Position numbers and translations under genes: made by a program | Sequence record: OR513085.1 | DNA length: 64,000 nt | Reading direction: 5' to 3' (one strand) | Part shown: positions 1-9,296 of the stretch, one piece after another | Position numbering within the stretch: the first letter of the stretch is position 1 | How the letters are laid out: every line of letters begins with the position of its first letter | Notes under the pieces: generated by a model | Told to the model about the DNA's origin: nothing | Database searches by the model: none | What the model saw: only the letters and a program-made list of their open reading frames with translations

Positions 1-8
1 AGATAATT

Positions 9-998
9 ATGGATTATATGAAAAATGTTTGGCACTTAGATAAAGAATTGCATAAACATTTAAAAGAACATCCAGAACTTAAAGCTTCTTTCAAAGACCC
101 GGATTGGCGAGCTGAAGTTAAGCAAATAGATGTTAATTTGGATTACGTACTTTATATGGACACTGACTCGATGTACGTTACGTTTGAGGAATTATTTGAA
201 ACTATTGGCTATGACCCGCAACATGACGGTTCATATGCCAGGTTTATTATGGAAATGAATTCGTTCAGACTACGTGGATTGTTTAAGGAAAAAATTGGTG
301 AACGTGTAGCCGAAAGACATGGTGAAAACTTTTTAGTTTTCGATTTGGAATCGGTATCTGAAACTACATGTTTCCTGGCAAAGAAAAAATATGTGATGTC
401 GTACAAAATGGAAGACGAAAAAATTTATGACGACCCACTTAAACATATAAAAGGTAAAGGTGTTGAGCTAGTTCAGCAAAAATTAGCAGTGCCAATCAAA
501 GACATGATTCGTTTCATGGTAGTTCAAATGTTCAAAGGTAAAATTACGAATGTTAACTACAAAACTTACATGAGGTATATGTTCCAGCAATTCTCGCAAC
601 TACCTTTCCAGCAAAGATGTACTTTAGGTTCAGCAAACACGTATGATAAATATGTGCTTAACGATACTACAAGATGTGAATTTGCTTCTGGCGCAGGTGC
701 AGATGTTAAAGGTATGGCATATTACAACTTTGATGTTAATGCAAAAGGACTTAAAACAAAATATGAAGTTCTTAAAGGCGGTAAGTTAGTTTGGTATTAT
801 GCAAAACCTACGCAAGAGCATCCTGATAGATTTTCATACGCATTCCATGTTGACGAATATCCTGAGGAACTTGCTCCTGAAATGGACATCGAAACTCAAT
901 TTATGAAACTTGTAGCAGGACCTGTTGGTAGAATTGTAGCATGTGCCGGAATTGATGTAGGAAATCCTCTGGCATCTCAAATGATGATGGAATTATAA
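9..998 (+). CDS. gp43: Family B DNA polymerase, C-terminal part (probably continues upstream of the window)
   Basis: Motif C YMDTDSMYV, KKKY and KGKGVELVQ thumb motifs; frame is open to the window edge. Confidence 0.92.
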   Translation: MDYMKNVWHLDKELHKHLKEHPELKASFKDPDWRAEVKQIDVNLDYVLYMDTDSMYVTFEELFETIGYDPQHDGSYARFIMEMNSFRLRGLFKEKIGERVAERHGENFLVFDLESVSETTCFLAKKKYVMSYKMEDEKIYDDPLKHIKGKGVELVQQKLAVPIKDMIRFMVVQMFKGKITNVNYKTYMRYMFQQFSQLPFQQRCTLGSANTYDKYVLNDTTRCEFASGAGADVKGMAYYNFDVNAKGLKTKYEVLKGGKLVWYYAKPTQEHPDRFSYAFHVDEYPEELAPEMDIETQFMKLVAGPVGRIVACAGIDVGNPLASQMMMEL

Positions 999-1053
999 AC
1001 CTAATTTGCTTTAATAAATAATTCAATACAAAATATAAACACATTGTTCGTAA

Positions 1054-1134
1054 AGTAGGTTATGTTGTCACAGCGCCTTGTATCGGCTTAAGTTTTCCCC
1101 AAAATGAATCTGTACAAGGCCTGTTTTTCCTACT
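1054..1134. ncRNA. Candidate structured RNA / long imperfect hairpin
   Basis: AGTAGG 1054-59 pairs CCTACT 1129-34; ACAG/CTGT; GCCTTGTA 1075-82 pairs TACAAGGC 1113-20; intergenic. Confidence 0.3.
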
Positions 1135-1152
1135 GAACTTTGATGCTTAAAT

Positions 1153-1160
1153 TATACATA
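1153..1160 (+). promoter_or_regulatory. T4-type late promoter (TATACATA)
   Basis: Variant of TATAAATA shortly upstream of ATG 1188; recurs before structural genes. Confidence 0.55.
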
Positions 1161-1187
1161 AACCAACAACATAATTTATATTTTACA

Positions 1188-2573
1188 ATGAGTAAGGACC
1201 TATTAAACCCAGCAGAATATGTTGCTGGTCTTCAGGGAATTAAAGCACAAACCTTAACTGGTACAAATTTTGTTAACGAGGCTATTTCGCAAATAACTAT
1301 GAATCCGTTTAGCCACAATATGGCAGCAAACATAGTTAACACTGCAGGTCAAATTCAAGATCAAAATGTACAGAAATGGGCGAACGATGTTTATTCCAGA
1401 ATTGATGAAAACATTATGACTTTTAGCATTGGTTTGCTATGTGAGTCGACACAGTATTCTACGGCTGTTTTTGCTGGATTTAAATCAGTAGCCGGAGATA
1501 TTCTACAAATGGCTGAGGCTGATATTGTAAGACAAATTGCGGTTAACGGAGCATTCGATAAGTATGCATTAATTCCGGAAGTTAAGCAATTAATCCTTAA
1601 AGCTAAGAACATTACGTTAGCTAAATCTGGCGTAACTAATCAAGTACTTACTGCAGATGACAAGTATGCTTTGAAACCTATGCTTGCAATTATTTCTCAA
1701 ATCGCTGCAACTACTTTTGTTGTAGGATTTGACGGAAACGTAAACATTTTGCATAATTCGGCTAACAAAAGAGTAGCTCTAGCGTCTTCTGCTGACATTA
1801 TGGCTAGCGTTGATAGCGAAAACTTTATGTTTGACGGAGGCGAATTTGCTGGTAGAGTAGGAGCTCTTAAAACTTTTGAAAACTATTATGATAGCGACAT
1901 GCAATCTTTTGTTTTCAACATTCTTGGTAATAAAATTCTTTGGAGACTTTCTGACGGATATTTATTCCTTAACGGAGAGGATTCGACATTTGAGGCTATC
2001 GTAAGAGTTCTACAAGCTAAAGCTACTGCGTTATCGCTTAAACAATCAGCTTACACAAACCCTTCGCATTCAGCAACAGACGACCAATTGCTTGAAGCTT
2101 TCCATATCCTTTGGAATGGCAGAGACAACCTAATCATTTTTGATGCTATGATTGCAGTACCTAACAAAGATGGCGGAATAGTTTATACTCTTTGTGCTAA
2201 GAACACTGACGTAACTACGGTTAGACCTAACGTGTATACTTGCATTACTAAATTCCCAGGTTCTACACAACCGTTCACTACAGTTTATGACAGATTCTAT
2301 GACTATGCTAAACAATTCAACAACCAATTTGTTATAGCAACGTTACAAAAAATCTTCTGTGATGAAATTGCGGCTGAGGATGCTATGGCAGCTTTGATTA
2401 CTGTAGGAAATCAAACAGTTAACGACAACATTGCTAGATTAGTTCAAACAAGAACTGACTTAGAAAATGCAAAAGTTAACTTACCTGCAGCTTCACTAGC
2501 CGGAGTTAATGCGCAGATTATATCAATTGATGATATGATTGCTCAGCAACAAAGTAAAATTCAACAATTTTAA
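1188..2573 (+). CDS. Hypothetical late/virion protein with N-terminal FVNE|A site and C-terminal coiled coil
   Basis: Long ORF; ATG 1188 chosen over TTG 1140; late promoter and terminator flank it. Confidence 0.6.
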   Translation: MSKDLLNPAEYVAGLQGIKAQTLTGTNFVNEAISQITMNPFSHNMAANIVNTAGQIQDQNVQKWANDVYSRIDENIMTFSIGLLCESTQYSTAVFAGFKSVAGDILQMAEADIVRQIAVNGAFDKYALIPEVKQLILKAKNITLAKSGVTNQVLTADDKYALKPMLAIISQIAATTFVVGFDGNVNILHNSANKRVALASSADIMASVDSENFMFDGGEFAGRVGALKTFENYYDSDMQSFVFNILGNKILWRLSDGYLFLNGEDSTFEAIVRVLQAKATALSLKQSAYTNPSHSATDDQLLEAFHILWNGRDNLIIFDAMIAVPNKDGGIVYTLCAKNTDVTTVRPNVYTCITKFPGSTQPFTTVYDRFYDYAKQFNNQFVIATLQKIFCDEIAAEDAMAALITVGNQTVNDNIARLVQTRTDLENAKVNLPAASLAGVNAQIISIDDMIAQQQSKIQQF

Positions 2574-2580
2574 ATAAAAT

Positions 2581-2604
2581 AAAGCCAGGCAATGCCTGGC
2601 TTTT
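2581..2604 (+). terminator. Intrinsic terminator
   Basis: AAAGCCAGGC-aat-GCCTGGCTTTT. Confidence 0.8.
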
Positions 2605-2675
2605 GCAGTTTGTGTGTATAATATAAACATAAATAACAACAACCGATCTTTAACATACTTGAACAATTTACTATC

Positions 2676-3083
2676 ATGGCTGATGAAACAAAGAAGCAGG
2701 ATGCTGTAACTACAGCGCCAAAGAAAAAACCAGGCAGAAAGCCTTACTTAACAAAAGAGGAATTAAAGGCAGAGTTGGCAGTGTCACATGAACGTGGACA
2801 GCTAACAAACAAAAATGCTAAAATGTTCCAGCTTATGGTTAGCAAAATTCAGTCAAGAGTTTTTTATAAAGACCCTGCAGCAAAAGAAGACTGTGCAGCG
2901 CATGCGATGTATATCGTAGCTAAAAATTGGCATAAGTTCGACATGACTCAGGACAATCCATTTGGATTCTTTACAACTACAATTATCAATGCATTATCTG
3001 CAGGATGGAATGCTAATGAACGTAGGCCAATTCACATACCATTGGATGCATTCATTAACAACGACGCAGATAAAGCTGAGTAG
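2676..3083 (+). CDS. gp55: T4 gp55-like late sigma factor
   Basis: YLTKEELKAEL...EDCAAHAMYIVAKNWHKFDMTQDNPFGFFTTTIINAL matches the gp55 pattern (FD...NPxxYxT...NAF). Confidence 0.75.
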   Translation: MADETKKQDAVTTAPKKKPGRKPYLTKEELKAELAVSHERGQLTNKNAKMFQLMVSKIQSRVFYKDPAAKEDCAAHAMYIVAKNWHKFDMTQDNPFGFFTTTIINALSAGWNANERRPIHIPLDAFINNDADKAE

Positions 3084-3133
3084 AACAATACTTGCCGGGT
3101 TACCGGATTTTTCATGATTTTTTTATTTTTTTG

Positions 3134-3167
3134 CACCCTGACTATCGCTTTTAGTCAGGGTGTTTTT
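3134..3167 (+). terminator. Intrinsic terminator
   Basis: CACCCTGACTA / TAGTCAGGGTG + T run. Confidence 0.8.
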
Positions 3168-3200
3168 GTTTGAAAGTTTTTGAAAAAAGTTGCCTAAAAA

Positions 3201-3232
3201 TTTTCATATGTCGTTTATTTTTCTTAAATTTA
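3201..3232 (+). promoter_or_regulatory. Early host-type promoter
   Basis: TTTTCATATGTCG with TTTTC 19 nt before TAAATTTA. Confidence 0.65.
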
Positions 3233-3271
3233 TACTATAATTAAAAACAATTAAAAAAAATCATTTAAGTT

Positions 3272-3466
3272 ATGAAAAATTCAGCAAAATACAAGAAAAA
3301 GCCAATTACTTTACTAGAATGGATTCATGATGACAATCATCCGCAAATTATGGTAACGTTAGCTAATGGTAACGACCAGATTTTAGAAGTTTCCGATTTT
3401 CTAGCAAACGGCGGAAAGTTTAAAGACTTGCAAAATGTAATTAACGAATACGAAGCAAACAAATAA
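3272..3466 (+). CDS. Hypothetical protein
   Basis: 64-aa ORF after early promoter. Confidence 0.6.
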   Translation: MKNSAKYKKKPITLLEWIHDDNHPQIMVTLANGNDQILEVSDFLANGGKFKDLQNVINEYEANK

Positions 3467-3475
3467 ATTAAAAAC

Positions 3476-3910
3476 ATGGCAACAATAAAAATTTTAGAAC
3501 AAAACGGTTACGATGTTTTATACAACCAGGAGACTGAAAAGTTTGAATCAAGCATTATTAAGCACAGACTGCTAGACGTAGTTAAGTCAGGAATTAAGCA
3601 TTATACATTACAAAAGAATTACTTGGATCAGCTTGACCGTGCTACGCTACTACTAAAGGAAAGCATAGCTATGCCGATACTTGGCGTGCATGATAATGAC
3701 TATATTTTTCTTTGGAATGTAGATCATATAACAGTAGTTCCTGCAGGCATGGCATCTAGGTTACGTAGAGTTATCGACCTCAATTCATATATAGAAGCAA
3801 AAGGCAGACTATGTAGACTGCTACAAGAACGTAAAGAACTTGACTTACGCATAGCAGAACTAGAATATGAATTGCCTTTAGCATTCCCGCAATTTAGCAA
3901 AGCAAAATAA
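3476..3910 (+). CDS. Hypothetical protein
   Basis: 144-aa ORF followed by terminator. Confidence 0.65.
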   Translation: MATIKILEQNGYDVLYNQETEKFESSIIKHRLLDVVKSGIKHYTLQKNYLDQLDRATLLLKESIAMPILGVHDNDYIFLWNVDHITVVPAGMASRLRRVIDLNSYIEAKGRLCRLLQERKELDLRIAELEYELPLAFPQFSKAK

Positions 3911-3939
3911 AATAAACCTTACTACCTGACATATTTTTT

Positions 3940-3974
3940 AAAAGCCTGGCGTTATGTAAACGCCAGGCTTTTTG
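3940..3974 (+). terminator. Intrinsic terminator
   Basis: AAAAGCCTGGCG / CGCCAGGCTTTTT. Confidence 0.8.
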
Positions 3975-4032
3975 TTGTTTAGCACAGCAATATGCTTTGC
4001 ATAAGAATACATACCTTATATAAGCTATAATT

Positions 4033-4701
4033 ATGTTTAACAATCCAAATAAAACGTCCTGGAAAGTGTTTTTGCCGCCTAACTTGCTGCCAAACACACT
4101 TAACGAGGACCTTTCGCAATACTTTTTTAATGAGGCTACGTTGCCATATCGTAACGTTCTTGAAGGTTGTTTTGAAGCTCAGATTACTGGCTATGAAATT
4201 CCGGAGCTAGGTATCGAAGCAGTTTCGCAAATGACGTATCCAGGAGGCCAAGTTACTCAGTTGCCTGCGTTATTTACACACGAGGCATATGGAGATAACC
4301 GAGTAGCTTTGACATTCAAATGCATGGATGGCTATTTCAATTACTTCCTGGCCAGGTATGCATTCCTAATTTACACCAATCCAAAGACTAACTCTGACAA
4401 AAACAAAACTGGTCAGATTGGCGACCTCATTATAACATTCAACACTCAAGGCTCACTTTTTCAGTACACTGTAGTTTATCGCCAAGTAGTTTGGGTATCT
4501 GTAGATGGCAAAAACTTTTCGTATGATGCTACACAAATGGACTTTGACACATTTGGAATGACTTTCCGCCACAATGGATTCGACATTATTCCAGGAATCA
4601 ACACAAGAATTGCAGAATCTAAAGGACTAAAAATTGAGGTTGGCGATGTAGATTATAGCAAGAAGGGCTTAGAGGAACTTAAACTACGAGAAAAGAAATA
4701 A
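4033..4701 (+). CDS. Putative tail tube/baseplate tube-initiator-like protein (gp19/gp54/gp48 fold)
   Basis: ITGYEIPELGIEAVSQ..., VALTFK, FDTFGMTF pattern; position before gp53-like gene; late box AATACATA 4006-13. Confidence 0.45.
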   Translation: MFNNPNKTSWKVFLPPNLLPNTLNEDLSQYFFNEATLPYRNVLEGCFEAQITGYEIPELGIEAVSQMTYPGGQVTQLPALFTHEAYGDNRVALTFKCMDGYFNYFLARYAFLIYTNPKTNSDKNKTGQIGDLIITFNTQGSLFQYTVVYRQVVWVSVDGKNFSYDATQMDFDTFGMTFRHNGFDIIPGINTRIAESKGLKIEVGDVDYSKKGLEELKLREKK

Positions 4702-4707
4702 GCGAAC

Positions 4708-5130
4708 ATGGCACTAACAGAACTACAATCATGTGAAAACTTGACTACTGATGGCAATGGTAACATTGTTTTCAACTCAAGTTTCCGAATGAATATTGAC
4801 GATATTAAAGTAGTCAATACATTTACAGTTGACGATATGACTGAACATAGAGCCCAGCTAATTTCGCAATCAATGTTTCAGACACAAAACTATGCAGACT
4901 TAATTTGCATATTCAACCAAATAAACAATCCTTTTTATATACCAAAGGGCACAATTCTAAAAGTTCCTGATTTAGCTCACATTCAAAGCAAAATGCTATT
5001 GTTTAGCCAACAAAACGTAGCGTTCGCAACAGAGAACGTTATACAAGAGAACGTACTAACTAAAAAAGCTAACAAAAGCTCTAACGTTCAACGTTCAGAA
5101 GGTAGACTAATTTTCAGGAAACAAAATTGA
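4708..5130 (+). CDS. gp53: Baseplate wedge gp53-like (LysM-like) protein
   Basis: RAQLISQSMFQTQNYADLICIFNQINNPFYIPKGTILKVP. Confidence 0.65.
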   Translation: MALTELQSCENLTTDGNGNIVFNSSFRMNIDDIKVVNTFTVDDMTEHRAQLISQSMFQTQNYADLICIFNQINNPFYIPKGTILKVPDLAHIQSKMLLFSQQNVAFATENVIQENVLTKKANKSSNVQRSEGRLIFRKQN

Positions 5131-5145
5131 CAATAAGCATAACAC

Positions 5146-7614
5146 ATGGCAACAATCAAAGAAATTTTAAAGCCTAACAACACGGCTAACGACATAGTCT
5201 TGCATGTTGGTGCTAACAAAACTACTACGCCAGAGAACGCATATTCAGACTTGCAATTTCAAGCAGGATTTTATTGGCCTATAGTAAAAGTTAGATCAAC
5301 TACATTCACTAAGCCAGCAATCAAAACGTTTGAGCTTAACTTCGGTTACCAACTATTACCAACGTTAGAGTTTATGGTTGTTGATGACTCTAGGTCGTTC
5401 CAACAATCAGACTATCCTGTTAAAAATGATGTAGTTACAGTATTCCTTGGCAACAACTACGATACCTCATCAAAGCCAATACAACTTGACTTTCTAATTG
5501 ATGACGTAACTACACTAAATAGCATGGATGGTTCCGGCTCGGCTAAGCATAGCTTTACCTGTACGTTAGCAATCGAGCATGCTTTTGAAAACATAAATTT
5601 TGCAGGAGAACAAACATCACTTAATGTTTTGTACGAACTTTGTAAAGCTATGAACTTGGGGTTAGTTACAAATTTGGATAGTACTAACGATCGCTACAAA
5701 TATCGTCAATATAGCAAAACAAATATTGAATATTTGAAAGATGTTTGTTCCAAAGTTTATGTCGATGATGCTACAATTATTCATTACTACATTGACCAGT
5801 ACTTTAGACTTAACGTTATTGACATTAATGCAATACTTAGCGCACCAGCACCTAGATTGCCAGTACGTCGTGACGTTACGTTCTTCAAAACGTTAGCAAA
5901 TCCTGAGGAGCTAGTACTAAACAATGCTCAGTACAACCTAACTAATGTACAATTTAAGTTTGGTAGCTACACTACGTCTAGTAATGCATTTGAAACATAC
6001 AAGGAAGTTAAGCCTGTCGAATCTACTGTAATTAACAAAGATTATTCGCAAGCTATTGTTAAAAGTACAGTAAAAGATACGCGAGTTAAGGCTAACGCTA
6101 CAACCGGAGGAGCTACAAAAAGTGAGAACGTTACAGAAAATAACGTAACAAATAGCAAACGTATACAAACAATTGCTATTGATGGCGAACACAACAGTAA
6201 CGTACAGCAATTAGGTAGCAATGCAAACAAAAGTAGGTTTAGATACTTAACAAACAACTCTATAACGCTAAGGCTTAACAATCCTAGCAACTTACTAAAC
6301 ATTAACCAAATGGTACCTGTTGAGTTGTACAAGCCAGATCAGTTTTCACAAACACCGCTAAAAAATTCAGATACTAACCTAGATAGCACACAACGGCCAA
6401 TAACGCCAGATGGTACAGAAGCCATTAATCCAACGTTATCAGGTGACTATGCAATAACAGGAATGACTTTTGCATATCGTCAAAATCAAAACCTTTGGCA
6501 GGAATTGAAGTTGATTCGTAGAGAATGGAAGCCTCAGCATTATGACGTTGACAAATCTCGTAAAATTGACTTATCAGAAGCTACATTCGGTGCGCCTAAG
6601 CCTTATACTTACCCACCACCGCCACCGCCACCTGCAGTAGACAACTCAGGCTATGGCGGGCAATATGGAGGATCATTAGGCAACTGGATGCAAATTGCTA
6701 GAGGTGAGCTAGGAACTGCGGAAGTTGCAGGTGCCGGTTCAAACCCAAGAATTGACGAATATCACCGAGTTGGAGGAGGACTTTCAGGAGGGCAGGCTAA
6801 CGATGCTACTGCATGGTGCGGTTCGTTTGTAGGCTGGTGTATGGTCAAGGCAGGCTACCCTAAACCTAACGGCTCGGCTGCAGCAATATCATGGGCTAAC
6901 TATGGAATACCTTGTGCTCCAGGTACAGTCGGCGCAATAATTGTGTTGAAGCTTAAGCCTAGTAGCATGACTTATTCAGGTAACCACGTAGGATTTTGTG
7001 CAGGCTTGAATGGTGATAAAGTTTCAATTTTAGGAGGTAACCAAGGCAACAGCGTTAGTCAGCTTAACATGGCTTCTGCAAAAGTTATTGCATGGAGGCT
7101 GCCACCCGGCTCACCTAGCCAAGGCATAGCTAACGCAGGCAATAGCGTAGCACCTACAGGACCTTTAAGAATTTCTAACCAAGGTGTTGAATTTATCAAA
7201 TCTAAGGAAGGTTGTAAGCTTACAGCATATTGGGATAGCTATGGTAAAGTATGGACCGTAGGTTACGGAAATACTAAACAAGCTAAGCCTGGCATGACAA
7301 TTACGTACCAACAGGCTGAGCAACTTTTACGTCAAGACATAGTTTACTTTGAAAACTACATAAATCAAAATGTAAAAGTTAAGCTAACGCAGGCTATGTT
7401 TGATGCTTTAGTATGTTTAACGTTCAACACTGGGCCAGGTAAAGTTTCACCTAGCTCAGCCATTGGAATAGCTTTGAAAAATCGGCAATACCAAACTGCA
7501 GCAGATACATTCCTACGTTACAACACATCAAAAGGTAAGTACTTGCAAGGCTTAGCTACTAGAAGGCAACAAGAACGCCAAATGTTTATGAGTCAAGGCG
7601 TAAATCCAATTTAA
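5146..7614 (+). CDS. Baseplate hub (gp27-like) fused to CHAP-like (TIGR02594-type) and GH24 lysozyme domains
   Basis: N-terminal hub-like region; poly-Pro linker; WMQIARGELG..AWCGSFV..GNHVGF; EGCKLTAYWDSYGKVWTVGYG (E-D-T triad). Confidence 0.75.
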   Translation: MATIKEILKPNNTANDIVLHVGANKTTTPENAYSDLQFQAGFYWPIVKVRSTTFTKPAIKTFELNFGYQLLPTLEFMVVDDSRSFQQSDYPVKNDVVTVFLGNNYDTSSKPIQLDFLIDDVTTLNSMDGSGSAKHSFTCTLAIEHAFENINFAGEQTSLNVLYELCKAMNLGLVTNLDSTNDRYKYRQYSKTNIEYLKDVCSKVYVDDATIIHYYIDQYFRLNVIDINAILSAPAPRLPVRRDVTFFKTLANPEELVLNNAQYNLTNVQFKFGSYTTSSNAFETYKEVKPVESTVINKDYSQAIVKSTVKDTRVKANATTGGATKSENVTENNVTNSKRIQTIAIDGEHNSNVQQLGSNANKSRFRYLTNNSITLRLNNPSNLLNINQMVPVELYKPDQFSQTPLKNSDTNLDSTQRPITPDGTEAINPTLSGDYAITGMTFAYRQNQNLWQELKLIRREWKPQHYDVDKSRKIDLSEATFGAPKPYTYPPPPPPPAVDNSGYGGQYGGSLGNWMQIARGELGTAEVAGAGSNPRIDEYHRVGGGLSGGQANDATAWCGSFVGWCMVKAGYPKPNGSAAAISWANYGIPCAPGTVGAIIVLKLKPSSMTYSGNHVGFCAGLNGDKVSILGGNQGNSVSQLNMASAKVIAWRLPPGSPSQGIANAGNSVAPTGPLRISNQGVEFIKSKEGCKLTAYWDSYGKVWTVGYGNTKQAKPGMTITYQQAEQLLRQDIVYFENYINQNVKVKLTQAMFDALVCLTFNTGPGKVSPSSAIGIALKNRQYQTAADTFLRYNTSKGKYLQGLATRRQQERQMFMSQGVNPI

Positions 7615-8123
7615 TGAAAATAAATATGTCAGAACAAGATAAAAATATAGCTAAAGGCCACAACATCAAAAACTTAAAGCCTCGAAAAGGTGGCCACTTC
7701 AAACAAGGTTATTTCGATGCTTCAGACAAATATGTCGGCGCCAGACCAGTAATTTACAGGTCTGGCCTCGAACTTAAAGTATTCAACCTCTTTGAAAGAT
7801 CGCCAGGAATTAAGCATTGGTCGTCTGAACCAGACTTCATAGTTATCAAGTACATGTACGGAGGTAAGCTTCGCCAATATAATGTTGATGTTTATGCAGA
7901 ATATCACAATGGCGTAAAGGAAATTATTGAGATTAAGCCATATGCGCAAACACAGGCTCCTGAAGCTCATCGCTATTTTGGCAAAGAAGCACGTTACGCT
8001 AAGGACGTAGAAACGTACCAACGTAATATAGCCAAATGGAAGGCTGCATGGGAATATGCTAATGAAAACAATATGAGGTTTAAGATCATAACAGATCATG
8101 CGTTAAAACAATTTAACATTTAG
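7614..8123 (+). CDS. gp4: Head completion nuclease (T4 gp4, TnsA-like)
   Basis: YRSGLELK, WSSEP, YNVDVY, IEIKP, NIAKWKAA, FKIITD. Confidence 0.88.
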   Translation: MKINMSEQDKNIAKGHNIKNLKPRKGGHFKQGYFDASDKYVGARPVIYRSGLELKVFNLFERSPGIKHWSSEPDFIVIKYMYGGKLRQYNVDVYAEYHNGVKEIIEIKPYAQTQAPEAHRYFGKEARYAKDVETYQRNIAKWKAAWEYANENNMRFKIITDHALKQFNI

Positions 8124-8198
8124 TAGCCAAAATATTTTCAAATGTCAAAAAATGTTATATAGTTATTGTAACTTTTAACAAAAGTTTAACAATTAGAA

Positions 8199-8230
8199 TT
8201 TTTTACTTTGTAAAATAATTCTTATATTTG
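8199..8230 (+). promoter_or_regulatory. Early host-type promoter; late box GATAAATA follows at 8245-8252
   Basis: T run 19 nt before TATATTTG. Confidence 0.6.
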
Positions 8231-8357
8231 CATTATACAAATTTGATAAATATAAAACAATCAAAACGCTTCAATACTAGGCCGGAGGACTAAAGTAAGT
8301 GTTCATTTTAACAACAAACCTATTTTTAATCGCCGAAAGGCACAACAGCAAAACAAA

Positions 8358-9164
8358 ATGAAAAACTTTTTCAGCTTTATCAACGAAGCAAATTCATTCA
8401 ATACAGACAACGGAAATCCTTTTAATGCAGGTGACATAGTTTATACAAAATCTGGTCGAATTAAAGGGGTAATTGCATCAGATTACGTAAGCAAATCATC
8501 TAACGGACTTTCAGTTTACGTCGACTACCTAGAACCTGGGTCATACAAAGGCGGCAAGAGTATGAAATTGCATTTAATTTCTGAACTTGTAGCATCTAGC
8601 GAAAAGAACATAGAAGGCAAAGAATTGGTGAAAAACTTCAAGCCTGGTGACTTAATAAAAATTAAAGCAACAGGAAATGTTGGCGAAATTATCGAACATG
8701 ACTTAGGCAAAAACAGAATTCAGTACAAAATTGTACAGGGCGAAAATATTACAAGACTAGATAATTTCGTTTCCGCATTTGGAATTGAACTTGTAGATGC
8801 TAAGAAAATGGCAGATGCTAAATTAGCCGAGCTTAAGGCTAACAAAGACCTTAACAAATTCTTTAAAATTTCAATGAACTGGGAATGCGAATTTACTTTG
8901 GAAAAGGCTGACGACAAAAAGCCAGGTAGGTTCTGGGTTAGAATTCAAACATTCGGAAAACGACTTTCTGAATATGAAGCTTACAAAACTGCAACTAACT
9001 TTGCGCCTCAGTCTAACAAAGAATATTCTGTTTCAGATTCGTATTACTTTGACACTAACGCATCTAAACCAACATCTTGGAAAGAACTTAAAGAAAAGTT
9101 TAGTGAAAGCGAATCAAATTCAGAAGTTTCTGGTAGAATTTACCGTTACTTAGACCTCAAATAA
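8358..9164 (+). CDS. Putative internal head protein with capsid-targeting leader and two KOW/SH3-like barrels
   Basis: MKNFFSFINE|A; FNAGDIVYTK..KGVI and FKPGDLIKIK..GEII repeats. Confidence 0.55.
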   Translation: MKNFFSFINEANSFNTDNGNPFNAGDIVYTKSGRIKGVIASDYVSKSSNGLSVYVDYLEPGSYKGGKSMKLHLISELVASSEKNIEGKELVKNFKPGDLIKIKATGNVGEIIEHDLGKNRIQYKIVQGENITRLDNFVSAFGIELVDAKKMADAKLAELKANKDLNKFFKISMNWECEFTLEKADDKKPGRFWVRIQTFGKRLSEYEAYKTATNFAPQSNKEYSVSDSYYFDTNASKPTSWKELKEKFSESESNSEVSGRIYRYLDLK

Positions 9165-9185
9165 CACATAAACAACAAAAGCTAC

Positions 9186-9220
9186 AAAAAGCCTGAACGT
9201 TCGTAACGTTCAGGCTTTTT
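9186..9220 (+). terminator. Intrinsic terminator
   Basis: AAAAAGCCTGAACG / CGTTCAGGCTTTTT. Confidence 0.8.
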
Positions 9221-9296
9221 GCGTTGTATGCAATATGCGTAGCATGCACAATTTAATTTAAATTGTGTACATATACTACACATTACAACTACAATT

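Noticed and set aside
4033-4701. TLNED/FFNEA as head-protease sites
   Set aside because: Only two imperfect sites in a tail-tube-like protein; compatible with chance
8334-8343. GCC-GAAA-GGC tetraloop as part of an ncRNA or riboswitch
   Set aside because: Only a 3-bp stem; no larger recognisable fold
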